DNA of 64,000 bases, from the NCBI GenBank assembly GCA_951406725.2, contig OX597814.1, positions 208,754,001 to 208,818,000 of the forward strand, in the 5' to 3' direction. Every line of letters begins with the position of its first letter. The stretch's first letter is position 1. A program made the translations under genes and the position numbers. Origin of the DNA: Octopus vulgaris. Lineage: Eukaryota. This document shows, piece after piece, positions 13,066 to 27,110 of the stretch. The notes below the pieces were generated by a model that saw only the letters and a list, made by a program, of their open reading frames with translations, was not told where the DNA came from and made no database searches.

Positions 13066-13681
13066 ATCATCATTTTAATGTTCACTTTTCTATGCTTGCA
13101 CGAGTCAGACAAAAGTCACTGAGGCAAATTTTTCTGTAGCCAGAGGCTTTTCCTGTCACCTACCCTCACCTGTTACTAAGCAAAGTAATATTTCATCCCT
13201 GGCCAGACATGTTTTCATAGAAGATGTGAAACAAAGACCACCACTTGTATGATGTTCTTTTACAAATAAAGCATGATGTCAAGATAAGGACACACAAACA
13301 CTTGACGGGGATCCTTTCAGTTTTGGCCTACCAGACCTACTCACAAGGCCTGAGGTTACAGTAAGAGACGTTTGCCTGAGGTGTCACGAAGTAGAGCTGT
13401 ACCTGAAACCATGTGAACAAGAAGCAAACTTCTTAACCACACAATCAAGGCTGCATCTAAATGCCTGCGTTGAGAGAGGTGTTGTTTGCAATTGATTAAT
13501 ATGTCACAAAAGATCATAGTTCAAAGTACTTGCTGGTGTTTGTCTGTTCTATAAAAATAGATTAAAAGTGGAAAGTAAATAAACCAGTATTATTTTGGGG
13601 TACATTGACACTCATAACCTAAAGATCATTACCAGTGGTAAATCCAGTTTTCTTTTCTGCCCATAAATACATATAAATAAG

Positions 13682-14074
13682 TGGAGGCGCAAAGGCCCAG
13701 TGGTTAGGGCAGCGGACTCGCGGTCATAGGATCGCGGTTTCGATTCCCAGACCGGGCGTTGTGAGTGTTTATTGAGCGAAAACACTTAAAAAAGCTCCAC
13801 GAGGCTCCGGCAGGGGATGGTGGTGATCCCTGCTGTACTCTTTCACCACAACTTTCTCTCACTCTTACTTCCTGTTTCTGTTGGACCTGTATTTCAAAGG
13901 GCCAGCCTTGTCACTCTCTGTGTCACGCTGAATATCCCCGAGAACTACATTAAGGGTACACGTGTCTGTGGAGTGCTCAGCCACTTACACGTTAATTTCA
14001 CGAGCAGGCTGTTCCTTTGATTCGGATCAACCGGAACCCTCGTCGTCGTAACCGACGGAGTGCATCCAACAACA
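13682..14074 (+). mobile_element. Full-length family-C tRNA-derived SINE
   Basis: A box ggcccagtgg, B box gtttcgattccc and TSD acatataaata on both sides. Confidence 0.9.
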
Positions 14075-14589
14075 TATAAATAGCAACCTAAAAGAGTAGG
14101 GATTCTGAATAAAAACTTGTACGGGAAAAGAGAAACTTTTTACTCCTGCCACAGTTAATGTCTTGTGTTTGTAAAACAAGATGTAACTAGTCTAAACTGG
14201 AAAGTAGTTGACAGGAAGAACATCCACATGTAAAAACAATACAAGATACACAACGACAAAGATTGGGGGCTTTGCTCCATGGCTGTGAGTGCCAGATGAT
14301 GAAGAGTAGCAACAAGTGGCAAGACAGTGAGATCCATCCAACAACAGGTGCTAGTATGGAAAAATAAATGGACATAAAATACATTCTACATACATTTAAA
14401 TTACTCCTCTTCAAATTACACAATCTGTAATTACCAACATATGTATTTGCTGGATGAACATAGTTTAAAAGAAGTTCAGATTACAAGTATTTAAAATAAA
14501 ACAGTTTTGCTGAAGCCACTAAAGGTTTTCTACCACCAGAAAAGCTCTTCTTGGATGTTACCAACATGGTTTGTACATACATACATTAT

Positions 14590-14792
14590 ACTCTCTTTTA
14601 CTTGTTTCAGTCATTTGACTGTGGCCATGCTGGAGCACCGCCTTTTAGTCGAGCAAATCGACCCTGGGACTTTTTCTTTGTAAACCCAGTACTTATTCTA
14701 TCAGTCTTTTGCCAAACCGTTAAGTGACGGGGACGTAAACACACCAGCATCGGTTGTCAAGCAATGCTAGGGGGACAAACACAGATACACAA

Positions 14793-14843
<51 letters not shown>

Positions 14844-14942
14844 TACGACAGGCTTCTTTCAGTTTCCGTCTACCAAATCCACTCACAAGGCATTGGTCGG
14901 CCCGGGGCTATAGCAGAAGACACTTGCCCAAGATGCCACGCA
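14590..14942 (-). mobile_element. Family-A SINE, 5' truncated
   Basis: High identity to the other family-A copies. Confidence 0.9.
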
Positions 14943-15771
14943 AGTTATACATAAAATGTAACTTGCCAACTATAGAGTAGGAGGTGGAAGAAGATAGGTT
15001 TTGATGAACTTAGGTGAAATATAACATGTGTACAAAGAAGTAGTTTCCTAAATACAATTTTGAGAATTGAACGTAGCTGTGTAGTTAGGAAGTTTGCTTT
15101 GCAACAAGGTGGTTTCAGTACTGAGCAGTACTTTAAGTAAGTGCCTTTTACCACACCCTCAGGACGACTGAAGCCATCTGAATACAATCTGGTAGAGAGA
15201 AACTTTGCAGAAGCTCATTAGAGGGAACATTCCTGTTCTTAGATAACAGACTCAATCTGATGATCCTAATTTTAGAAGCCGACTCTTTTGCAAGTATTCA
15301 GGACGAATCACTAGTCTGAGGGTAACTTCCTCACACCAGTTTTAGGGGCCCTGAAAAGGATCACAAACACTGTTGTTCTTCTGATGTCGACAAAGAGGCA
15401 CTTACATATGGCACTTTGGGACTTCCACAAATATAAACTAAACAATAAAAACCAAGCTGAAATTATTTTACATTTATTTATGCATGCTGGCATGGAGTAG
15501 AAGGGTTTGCTCCAGCACAGTAACTCACCACATACTGTGCTCTTTTGTCAGCTCTTTCATGGCAGTCCAGCATCCCAATATCAGATTTTATCACATCTTC
15601 CTCTTCTCCAGGATGCTACTTGGACAACTTGATACTCCTGTCCTCCTACACATGCATGCTGACATTACACATTCAATATAGGAAGCTTGTGCCAGTTTCT
15701 CTGCAGTCTTCACACATTCTCTACATTCAGTTTCTATGTCTCTCTACTATGCAATATTGCACTTCACACAC

Positions 15772-15998
15772 ATGAAATAGTATCAAAAAGTTCCCCGACT
15801 CTTTCTCTCTCTTTTACTTGTTTCAGTCATGTGACTGTGACCATGCTGGAGCACCGCCTTTAGTCGAGCAAATCGACCCCAGGACTTATTCTTTGGAAGC
15901 CTAGTACTTATTCTATCAGACTCTTTTTTGCTGAACCACTAAGTTACGGGGACGTAAAAACACCAGCATCGGTTGTCAAGCGATGTTGGGGGGGACAA

Positions 15999-16045
<47 letters not shown>

Positions 16046-16620
16046 ACGGGCTTCTTTCAGTTTCCGTCTACGAAATTCACTCACAAGGCTTTGGTCAGCC
16101 CGAGGCTATAGTAGAAAACACTTACCCAAGGTGCCACGCAGTGGGACTGAACCCGGAACCATGTGGTTCGTAAGCAAGCTACTTACCACACCGCCACTCC
16201 TACACCTAGTTTAAAAATATCTCATTTACCTAAGTTTTAACATCATCTCTTTTGAAATAATCACTTTGTGCAGCAATACTCAGGTCCCAGCATTCCTGCC
16301 ACTTTTGAAATCCATCCTGGAAGTCATTTTTTTCCTAAGTGAGTCAAGGATCTTCTGCGATTCACTCTGGATCTTGACAACAGTGTTAAAATGGCACCCA
16401 TCTTGGGGAAGAGATATGAAAGTCTGCAGGTGCTAAATCTAGTGAATGTTGTTTTTGGCAAGAAACTCACAAATGAGGAAAGCTTGGTGACAGGGTGGAC
16501 TGTTGTGAAGAATCCAATTCTTCATACACCACAGATCCAGTTGCTTTTGCTGAATTTCCTCCCTCAAATGCATCATATATTCTTTGCCCTTTACTTGAAG
16601 ACAGACACTCAGAGGTAACA
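15772..16620 (-). mobile_element. Mariner transposase 3' relic with TIR, interrupted by a SINE
   Basis: WILHNSPPCHQAFLICEFLAKN, DFxLFPKM and FQDGFQKWQECWD..DYF motifs. A TIR-like gtatcaaaaagttccccgact|agtt is split by the SINE at 15801-16206. Confidence 0.8.
15801..16206 (-). mobile_element. Family-A SINE inserted in the mariner TIR
   Basis: Full-length copy. Confidence 0.9.
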
Positions 16621-17261
16621 GCTCCTTGAGATTTTTCCATCTCATTTTAAATTTGGCAATATTTTTCACAAAATTAACAAAACACAAAAACGGATTCTAC
16701 CTAATAGAATACATATGTATATATCATCCAAATATGGCTTTGAATCTAACATTAAAATTCCTCACAGTTGCTTCAGGGATTATGGTGAATTATAGAAAGC
16801 GCCAATAAGATTCAGTGCCTATGAAAGATCTTGGTTAAAAAGTCTGCTTCATGATCATGTAGTTTTGGGCAATGGTCTTCTATTCTGGTCTCATGTCAAC
16901 TCATTATGAATATAAATGGGAAGATGAAAACCTGTTGAATGTATTGTACCTACTCTTGAGTGTTTGGCAATTGGCCCGCTGGGGTTTAATACTGCAATCT
17001 TTCCCTTGAACAGCTTTAGTGGAGTCCACTAGTTTGCAAATCATTAAGGTCAGATTTCTGGTCTGATGTTAACCTCTGTCCCACCAATCTCAAAAATCCT
17101 GCAAAAATTCAATTTATATTTTAAGTTATTAGAATTTAAAATATAAATTATATTTTAAAATATAATCTTTTATCATCCAGCAAACACACATGTGGATGTT
17201 ACACACTGAATTTTGAATAACTAAAGAAGAGTATCTTAAATGTAAGCAGATGTCTATATAC

Positions 17262-17717
17262 GCCAACCACTCCGAGAGTGTAGTGGGTGCTTTTTAGATG
17301 CCACCAGCATAGAAGCAGCCAGTCAGGTGGCACTGGCATCAGCCACATTCGGATGGTGCTTTTTTTATGCTATCGGCACAGGAGCCAGTCATAGAGTGGG
17401 GCTGGCATCCATGGGATGGTGCTTTTTATTTGTCACCAGCACAGGGAGCCAGTCAGGTGGCACTAGCAATGACCCATGCATGAATGGTACTTATTGTGTG
17501 CCACCAGCATAGGAGCCAGTCAGGCAGCACTGGCATCAGCCACAACTACAATTTCCCTTTGATTTTGATTTTACTTAACTCAATAGGTCTTCTTAAGCAC
17601 AGCATGTCACCTGACAATTCAAAAGTACTTTTTAAGTGAGCTGTTATGTGACACTGGTGTAGGCTACAGCTGTGATCTCACTTTACTTGCCAGGTTTTCT
17701 CAATCACAGCATATCTC
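17262..17717 (-). mobile_element. Family-B element 5' portion
   Basis: Several diverged ggtgctttttxxgtgccacc units. The tail is missing. Confidence 0.75.
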
Positions 17718-19032
17718 CTCATCCATATGCAGCACGTGACTAGCGCTGTTGTCTCTCTAGCACACCACAGCCAATGCTTCTTATGTCCATTTCTCTCAGG
17801 GTGCTTACACTCTCTCGTGTGTGCACACTGACATGACACATCCAGCGGATCATGCTAGCTTCATTTCTTTCAAGCCTACGCATATATTCAGCAGTCACAA
17901 CCCATGTTTCACTACCTTGTAGCATGACAATTCGCACACATGTATCATACAATCTACCTTTCATTCTAAGCGAGAGGCCCTTTGTCACTAGTAGAGGTAG
18001 CTTTCTAAACTTTGCCCAAGCTATTCTTATTCTAGTGGCAACACTCTCTGAGCACCCCACCCCCACTACAGTCTTGGTAGCAGAAGCTATCAACTACTTT
18101 TAGTTTCTTCCCCTGGCACGTGATGGAATCAGTTTTCTGAGCATCTGCGGTGTTTATTGCATCTGCCGCAAACAAAAGCTATCTTCCTGAGTAACCTTCC
18201 TTTGATGTTGCTACACCTCTTATGTGTCCATAGCTTACACTGGGTACATCTTATGGAGTTTCTACCTACACCTTTTCTACAGATCGAGCAGGGCCACCTA
18301 CCTGAAGAGGTGTGTGATGTGTTCGCCTTCCTCCTTACTAGAACTTTGGTTTCTGCAACATTGACTCTAACGCCCTTCAATTCTAAACCTTGCTTCCACA
18401 TCTGAAATTTCTTCTCTATTTCTGGTAGCAATTCTGCTATGAGAGCAAGGTCATCAGCATAAAAGAGCTCCCAGGGGAAACCTGTCTTGAATTCCTCTGT
18501 TATTACCTGGAGGACTATGATGAATAAGAGGGGGTTGAGGGCTGATCCTTGGTGAATCCCTACTTCTACCCAGAATTCTTCACTATACTCATTGCCACCC
18601 TTACCTTATTAACGGCATCCCTGTACAGCTCTTATTAACCACTCGTCAATCTTCAGTTTTTGTATCGCCCACCAGATAAGGGATCGGGGGACCCTGTCAA
18701 AGGCTTTCTCCAACTCAACAAAAGCCAAGTATAGAGGTTTATATTTAGCTAGGTAGTTCTCCTGCAGTTGCTGTACCAGAAATATAGCATCAGTGGTGCT
18801 TCTACCTGGCACAAAATCATACTGTATCTCATCTAAGCAGACTCTCTCCAAAATTAGTTGGGCTATGACCATCTCCATGACCTTCATCACCTGATCCAGC
18901 AGTTTGATACCCCTGCAGTTACTTCTATCTAAAGCATCACCTTTACCTTTATAGCAGTTGACTATGGTGCTGCTACACCAGTCAATGGGTATGATTCCTT
19001 CGTGAACTACCTAGTTTACAATACAGGTGACT
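17718..19032 (-). mobile_element. RTE-clade LINE reverse transcriptase fragment (disrupted)
   Basis: YKGKGDALDRSNCRGIKLL, QYDFVPGRSTTDAIF, ELEKAFDRVPR and PWELFYADD motifs, plus a Cys-rich CSICRKGVGRNSIRCTQCKLWTHKRC segment. Several frameshifts. Confidence 0.93.
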
Positions 19033-19773
19033 CTTTGTATAACATTGTTTCTATTATTTATACATAATTATAAGTATATATAAATGGCATTGACTGAGCT
19101 TTAAAAAAATTGCTGAACTTTGCCGACCTCTCAGATTGTAAAGACTGCATCCAAGTTGTTGCTACAATCTATTAAGATCATGAACAAGGCGATATTTTCG
19201 AGTGAACTCCATACATTCCTAGTCTACTATCAGTAACAATAAGAGGGAGACCATGGAGTTGCTAAAAATAGCAACTAGATTTCAAAAAAGTAAAACATCC
19301 TACCATTAAATTAAAGAATGCATTAGATAAATGTAGTAATTATCATCATTTGAAGTGTGTTTTCCATGTTAGTATGGGTTGGACAGTCTGACAGGAGCTG
19401 AACAGCTGCCAAGGTTCCAATTGTCTGTTTTGGCAAGGTTTGTATGGCTGGATGTCCCTCCTAATGCCAACCACTTCACAGAGTGTATTGAGTGCTTCTT
19501 ACATGACACTTGTACTTTTACATAGTACAGGTCCATAATCTTTGGTACATTATGTCTGAGATAAACATGGGATGATTAGCCATAAAAACCGAAGTGTTCA
19601 AACAAAAACTCTCACTGGGAGAGTACAAACATGGCTCTGTAGTTTAAAAAAAATGTGTGTTGCATAGCTGTAGGGTCTCAGGTTCAAGCTTACTACATGG
19701 CCTTTTCTACGAGAGTCATTGGTCAACCAAAGCCTTGTGAGTGGAATTTGGCAGACAGAAACAGTAAGGATAT

Positions 19774-20180
19774 AAGGCGGCGAACTGGCAGAAACGTTAG
19801 CACGCCGGGCGAAATGCTTAGCGGTATTTCATCTGTCGCTACGTTCTGAGTTCAAATTCCGCCGAGGTCGACTTTGCCTTTCATCCTTTCGAGATCGATA
19901 AATTAAGTACCAGTTACGCACTGGGGTTGATATAATCAACTTAATACCTATGTCTGTCCATGTTTGTCTCCTCTATGTTTAGCCCCTTGTGGGTAATAAA
20001 GAAATAGGTATTTTGTCTGTCATTACGTTCTGAGTTCAAATTCCGCCGAGGTCGACTTCGCCTTTCATCCTTTCAGGGTCGATAAATTAAGTACCAGTTA
20101 CGCACTGGGGTCGATATAATCAACTTAATCCTTTTGTTTGTCCCCTCTATGTTTAGCCCCTTGTGGGCAATAAAGAAATG
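19774..20180 (+). mobile_element. Family-D SINE (Meta/MESC-like domain), one head plus two bodies (duplicate at 29633-30039)
   Basis: Domain gtcgactttgcctttcatcctttc..gtcgataaattaagtaccag occurs twice. 17-bp TSD agaaacagtaaggatat (19757-19773 and 20181-20197). Confidence 0.9.
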
Positions 20181-21645
20181 AGAAACAGTAAGGATATTGG
20201 TCAGTGAGACTGTTCTTGTTTCAACATCACAGACTTAATTTGTAACCTGGTTTAACAATCCTACCTAGCCCATGGGTGCCTTTAGCAGATTTTTGAGCTG
20301 CAGGGGGTATCTAATTTGTTCCTAAAACCTATTCTTCTTTTTGTCAGTCTTTGTCTTTTCTGGCTCTTTCTCCTGTTCTTGCTGTTGTTTAGCCCAGGGC
20401 AAACAACCATGGAACACATTCCAGTCATAACCATTTCTTTTCCTTTTTGGTATAACTTAGACTACACTGTCTAATGTGTCTTATTTTTAAGACAATAATA
20501 TGATGTGAGGGAATTTGGATGCTATTTCTAGCAGATTAAATGACTTCATAAAGTTCCCACTAGGTGTTCATGGTAAACCCACTCTGCTATGTGTTTCTTT
20601 GACATTCACACTTGCTGAAATATAGTCAAGGATAATCAAACAATTAAATATTTGAGCTTAATCGATTTAACAAGGGATTAGAATTATAATTGATTTGTTT
20701 ATCTAATAATAAAACAAATGAATAATTTTGGTTATGACACACAATAGCTGAGAGGTCAGTGATCTAACTTCCTTATATCAAACACTATTATAATCATTAT
20801 GCTGATTCTGTTAGTCTTAGGATCCATTAGCAGTATTGTGATGGGGGCAACTGCTCAAACAATAACCCCTAACTAAAGAACACAAACATGGTTGTGTTGT
20901 CAAAAAGTTTGCATTTCAACTGCATGATTCCAGGGTCAATTCTACTGTGCAGCTCCTTCAACATGTACGTTCTGTTATAGCCTTAGATGGAGGTGGGCAA
21001 ATAAAGAGTGGCAAATGAAATTCACAAATTGGAAATTGGTCAATAAGACTTTTGGTGTTTAAAAATTGCAGACTTCAATCTATAACTTTCAGGGCATATG
21101 TTACACAACACTGTTACACACCTTTGATCCAGGGGCTCTGGTTTGAGAACTTTCTCCCACCTTCCTTACCTCCAGTATCAGAGGCCCTGAAAAAATGTCA
21201 TGGGAGCTGCTCTTATTTCTTTGACTAAGCTGCTTAAGAAAAAAAATAAAACATTCATACTAACACAGAAAAATAATTAAAAACATGAGAAAATTTTACT
21301 CAAAAAATAACAGCATCTTTCAGGGCATATATGTCATCATCTTCATCATCATAACATCTGCTTCTCCATATTTTCATGGGTCGGATGGAATTTGTTGAAG
21401 TAGACTTTTCAACAGCTGGATGCCCTTCCTGTTTGTGAAACCTTACCTGTTTCCAAGCAAGGCAATATTTCCCTATGGCCAGGCATGTTTTCACAGAATA
21501 TTGCAAATGAATGACATTAGTTTACAACAATCCCATGAATGTCAAGATGAGTAGACACACACATGCATCTAATATGTATTACGCTTCTCTCAGTTTCCAT
21601 CTACCAAATTCACTCACAAGGTTCTGATTGGCCTGGGGCTATAGT

Positions 21646-21947
21646 TTGTTCCCGCTCGAGCCATGCTTGGCTCATAAGGGCCAGCTTCCCGGTTTCCTTG
21701 GCGTATAGGTTCCTCACCTGGACAGGACGCTGGTCCATCGCAGGTGAGCTGCAAGATGCAGGAGAAAGAGTGAGAGAAAGTTGTGGCGAAAGAGTCAACA
21801 GAAGTTTTGCCATTACCTTCTGCAGGAGCTGCGTGGAGTTTAGGTGCTTTGCTCATAAACACACACATCGCCCAGTCCGAGATTTGAACCCGCAATCCCT
21901 CGACTGCAAGTACACTGCTCTAACCACTAAGCCATGCGCCTCCACAC
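21646..21947 (-). mobile_element. tRNA-derived SINE with a V-SINE-like central motif, nested in an old family-A head (duplicate at about 31504-31807)
   Basis: Head related to family C, motif cctgcgatggaccagcgtcctgtccagg and TSD gggctatagt. Confidence 0.85.
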
Positions 21948-22479
21948 TTGGGCTATAGTAGAAAGCAATTACCCAAAGTTACACACAGTGAGACTGAACC
22001 TGAAACCATGTGGTTGGAAAACTGACTTCTTAACCACAAAGCCATGCTTGTACCTATATATGTTTAAAATTACATGTACCTAAATTATAGTGTTTCCCCA
22101 TTTCAGATACTTAACAAGAATAACAGGTTACTCAGCTTTCACCATAACACACAAAACCTCTACCATTAATGTATACCACAAGATGATATATGGTTATGGT
22201 ATCTGTGACAGTGCGCCGGAAGTTGATACTTTCTTTACAGTTGTTCTGACAACTCAGCCATCCTCGCCTGACTCTAAATTTAATTCTTACTAAATCAATT
22301 TGGTCTTTCTATCTATTTATTCATGAAATAAGTAGCAATATATACAGCAAGTCAATCATATTAAACGACTTGTCTGTCACTCAACTCGGTCAATGCCATC
22401 ACCATTATCTCGGTTCAAGTATATACAACACAGAAAGAGAAGAGGCCTAATTTGATGACTTATATAATATGGTTTAGTG

Positions 22480-22698
22480 CAGTGGTTCCCAGAGTGGGGT
22501 GATAATGGGATGGCCAAAAGTGAGTGATGGATATAAAAAAATTTAAAAAAAGATTAATTAGGTTAAGTTTTATTTGTGAAATACAGTTGTGGCTGCAGAA
22601 AGTGGTCTATATTTGTGGTGATGAGTGATGGGTGAGACGCCAGGAATGTGGCCTGGTTGCCAAGGGGACAGCAGTCTGAAGAATTTTAGGAATCACTG
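22480..22698. mobile_element. hAT-like MITE (duplicate at about 32340-32558)
   Basis: TIRs cagtggttccc / ggaatcactg. The TSD is not clear. Confidence 0.55.
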
Positions 22699-23305
22699 TT
22701 CTGAGTTCAAAGCTCTGGAGCTGACATTTGATATACCCTTAACCTGCCAAATTGGTTTTCCCCTTCCTTAAATTAATTGTGAAAATAGTATCAATTATAA
22801 TCCAAACCATCCTCCTCTTCAGTTTTAACATTAATTATTATTACTTTCTGACTATTTACCGAGTTCAAATCCTGCTACGGTCAACTTTGCTTTCATCCTC
22901 CTGGGGTCGATGGTATCAACGAAACCTCTCCCCTCAAAATAGCTGGCCTTGCGTATATATCAAAAATCATTATTATTATTAAAAATATTGACAACACTAG
23001 TAAGCAAAACATGCTTATTCTCAAGCTAACGAGGGTGTCTCTGCATAGTCGCTCCACCTGCTAGGAATAGCAGCCAGATCTCTTACAAATAGCACGATAT
23101 TCTTTAAATAAAACGGATAACGTTCTCCATAAAACATTACCTGAAAACAAAACGGGAAAGTCACCAATGGAACGTTTTTGATCATGGGGGGGGGGTCTGC
23201 TCAATCAGGTTGACATGGGAGCTAAACATCAAAACATCAACAACAATACAATGAAGACAAGAATTTAATTTAGAGAAAAATATCAGAAATAAGATGTGTA
23301 CATAC

Positions 23306-23351
23306 CTTCGTTGGTGAATAAACTCCACAGTTTTGAAAAGAGAAAGCCCAT
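23306..23351 (-). CDS. ARL5: Second identical copy of the ARL5 first coding exon (duplicated/haplotype segment)
   Basis: Identical to 33166-33211. Exon spans 23381-23306 with the same splice signals. Confidence 0.8.
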
Positions 23352-24861
23352 GTCAAAAGCTAGTCCAGACTACAGTCGGGACTGAAACAAGGACCAAACT
23401 CTTAAGGAAGGGCTTAACAGGTGCTTAGTAGGCAATGTTTTTTTTTTTTTTTTAAATATATTTCTAATTAAATTGCTATCCTTTTTTTTTATTCCTCCTT
23501 TTTTTTCATTTTTTTCAACTGTTTTTAATTTATAGTATTTTCTGGTTAATGTAAGTATATCTTATTATGTTTACTGTTTTACAAGAAAGGGTGTGTGTGA
23601 GAATTTCTCAATGCTGAACGATTCTAAGAAAAACAAACGAAAATTATTAGTTTACTTTCCTTTGCTTTACACACTAACTAAAACCACCCCTGTGAACCGA
23701 TTCTATTTTAAAATGTTGAGTAAATATCCTTTCCCCAATAATTCAACAATGGGAAAAGTCGTGTGAGTAAAGATAAATAAGTCAACAAGTAAATACCCAC
23801 TTATTTGTATTTTTTCAATTCTTTATATTTACACACTGACGTTGCTGGTTAGTGGTATTATAATTATATTTGTTATTTCTACAACTACCGCTTACACGAG
23901 AATTACCCCATGAGGTGGAAATACCCAACGGACTAAATAGCAGAGGTTATTTATAAAAATATCCATGAAAATGTGTTTCTATCATAGATACAAAAAAAGT
24001 CAGTGCAGATACGTGTATTTCATTCCCAACATCAAATATCGCTTGTGTATATACGTGTATATACGTATGTATCTATGTGTGTTTTATATTCAAATATCAA
24101 AAGCATATACACACATATATATATGTTGGATTTAAATTTAAATATCGGTGTTTTTTAATTGTCGCTGATGTGTAGTATATCAGCGCACTTCATCCACACA
24201 AGATATTGAATACAGTGCGTGAATATTTATATATATATATATATATATTATTTGTTGTCTATACATTTATTGCCAAAAAGGAAAACAAAGGATAGATTAT
24301 AATATGCCAAGTAAAATAGATTTCTATTTGTCTAAGTGAAATACTTCAAATCCTTTATGAAACTCTGAAACACATCCGCTATAGTCTATATATATATATG
24401 TTTATCTACGTACTTCTAGAGAGATATATAGGCATGTACATTTTGTGTGTGTGTGTGTTATATGTATGTGTGTAAGTGTGTAGATGTGTAAATATTTATA
24501 CAATATATAGTGTATGTATGTATGTGTGTGTGTGTGTGTGTGTCTAAACTACATTGGAATTATGTCAGTTTATGGCACTGTAGCTATTACTTTTAGGAGG
24601 AATTCTTACAGGAAGCAATCTTGAAGACGTTTTGTAGGGGATAGTAATAACAAAAGCAAAAAAAAAAAGGGGGAAAAAAAGGAGTAGGATCAATATCAAG
24701 TTGGCTGACTCCTTCCTCTCTTAGTCACCACCATGTTGCTAATAATTATGTTCCAGTATGGCACAAACCATATACATGTGAGCTGCCAAAAATAAAGAAA
24801 AAGAAAGAAAATATAATAGACTAAAATAAATAAAGTGTGTGTATGTGTATGTGTGTGGCTA

Positions 24862-24913
<52 letters not shown>

Positions 24914-25159
24914 CATGGCTTTAATAGATTGTTAAAGGGATCTAAAGATGGGTGTGTGATGATGACTGGATCGTTTAGGAAGATGGTGAAAAATTACTTT
25001 AAGAAATATGGAATTAAAAAAAAAAATAACAGTGTCCAAGTCGGTATGAAGTGAACACGGAACACACAAATCTATGAAACAATTCTTTTTCCAGTAATAC
25101 ACATGAATAAAATAAAGGTATTGATATTGACTTAATTTATCACATATCTATGTATGAAG

Positions 25160-25238
25160 AGTGATACACACCACACAATATATATGTGTGTATATATGTA
25201 TATATATATACACATACACACCACACAATATATGTGTA

Positions 25239-25275
<37 letters not shown>

Positions 25276-25762
25276 CACACAATATATATGTGTGTATATA
25301 TGTATATATATATATATACATACATACACACCACACAACATATGTGTGTATATATGTATATATATATACATACACACCACACAATATGTGTGTATATATG
25401 TATATATATGTACATACACACCACACAATATATATGTGTGTATATATGTATATATATATATACACACCACACAATATATATGTATATATCGTGAATTTCA
25501 CGTTCTTTATATATAAAGTTTTATTCTATATATATATATATATATATATATACATACACACCACACAATATGTGTATATATATATGTATATATATACATA
25601 CACACCACACAATATATATGTGTGTATATATGTATATATATATATATACATACACACCACACAATATATATGTGTGTATATATGTATATATATATATACA
25701 TACACACCACACAATATATATGTGTGTATATATGTATATATATATATACATACACATACACC
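25160..25762. repeat. Compound minisatellite, ~40-50-bp unit anchored on acacaccacacaat (longer version at 35030-35755)
   Basis: Fixed anchor separated by variable (TA)/(TG) tracts, interrupted once by a palindromic insert. Confidence 0.9.
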
Positions 25763-26670
25763 AAAGCGCGAGATAGTATTTTGAGAAACGAGATATAAAG
25801 ATTTTTTTTTATGGAGAAAGGGTAACTGTGTGTATATATGTGTGTGCGTATATAAATAGATAATATGTGTGTAGCTAAAGTTTAAAGGGAAGAATGTATG
25901 AATCAATAATAACGAAAGATAAACCCTTATAAATAAGTACAACAATACCTGTAAACACAACATATGTTATGAGTGAGCCAACAAGAAAGCCTCGACATCG
26001 TTATCCTATCTGCTAGAAACAGCAGCCTAATCTTCCTCAAAGCACACCCTATCGTAGTGAGTAAGGAAAGAACACAATGGATAGTGTATTCCTATAGTAT
26101 ACTCCTAAAAAACGATAGGATGGTCTTGGACATTGCTGGAATGCCTATGATCATAGGCCTGCTCGATTAGCGTTGACTTGGGGCTAAACAACCACGTTTA
26201 AGTGGGGGGGAGAGGGGCACACATGTAATAGTAATGCATGCATAGCTCGGTGCGCGAGTGAGTGTATATGTATTCGTCGTGTATACACACAAAAGCTGTC
26301 AACAATGAGTCGCAATGTGATGATAAACGTGGAGCACTATAAAGATACCCAGAGAACAAATTTTTTTTCTTCTTCTTCTTTCAAAGCCAACAAATAGTCT
26401 TAATTACCGCATCAAAGAAGGACAGAGGTGAAAAAGAGGGGGTACCTTTTGATAGAGTCATATATCTCCCTCTGCTAAACACACGAACTATTGATATTCA
26501 ATCCTTTCTATTACGTTTTTAATAGCATCCAAAACTCTTCATTCGTGTGACATTTCCAACACAGTTACTAGCAATTCACAGTATATTTCACATATATATC
26601 TATGTGTAATTACAAGCCTGGTTGCTTAGAATGGCTTTAATGTCAGCGAGTGCATTTTACACACACACAC

Positions 26671-26705
<35 letters not shown>

Positions 26706-26833
26706 CCTTTTAAGTGTTGTGGTTTTACTGGGATCTCCCTTTTAAGTAGAAAGAATAGACATAACTCTTTGACTGCTATTTCTAAATTCGGTGTGTGGTG
26801 AGGCAAATCGTTGCTAAACCCTTAATTACTTAG

Positions 26834-26898
<65 letters not shown>

Positions 26899-27066
26899 CA
26901 GTGTGTGTGTGTACACACATGCTTTCAGAAACATCAAAACGTGAATGATTCGCATAAAAGTTCATTGCGACATCATCCACTGAGAGGCTTTACCTGTTCG
27001 CTCAATCTGCTAGAAATAGAAGTTAACTATCACAATTTACGCTTCGTTGTCTTGTAAAGTAATCTC

Positions 27067-27110
<44 letters not shown>

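Noticed and set aside
13682-13755. tRNA gene (similar heads at 3301, 7500 and 21880-21947)
   Set aside because: These are SINE heads: they continue into a repeat body with TSDs and lack a proper acceptor stem.
17060-17105. Possible ARL5 WDIGGQE exon (minus strand reads IFEIGGTE)
   Set aside because: The invariant D and Q are missing and the flanks do not match ARL5. I found no GLDNAGKTT exon in the window by eye.
25132-25963. Many overlapping Y/I/H/T/C/V-rich ORFs (also 34879-35956)
   Set aside because: Translations of TA/CA micro- and minisatellites.
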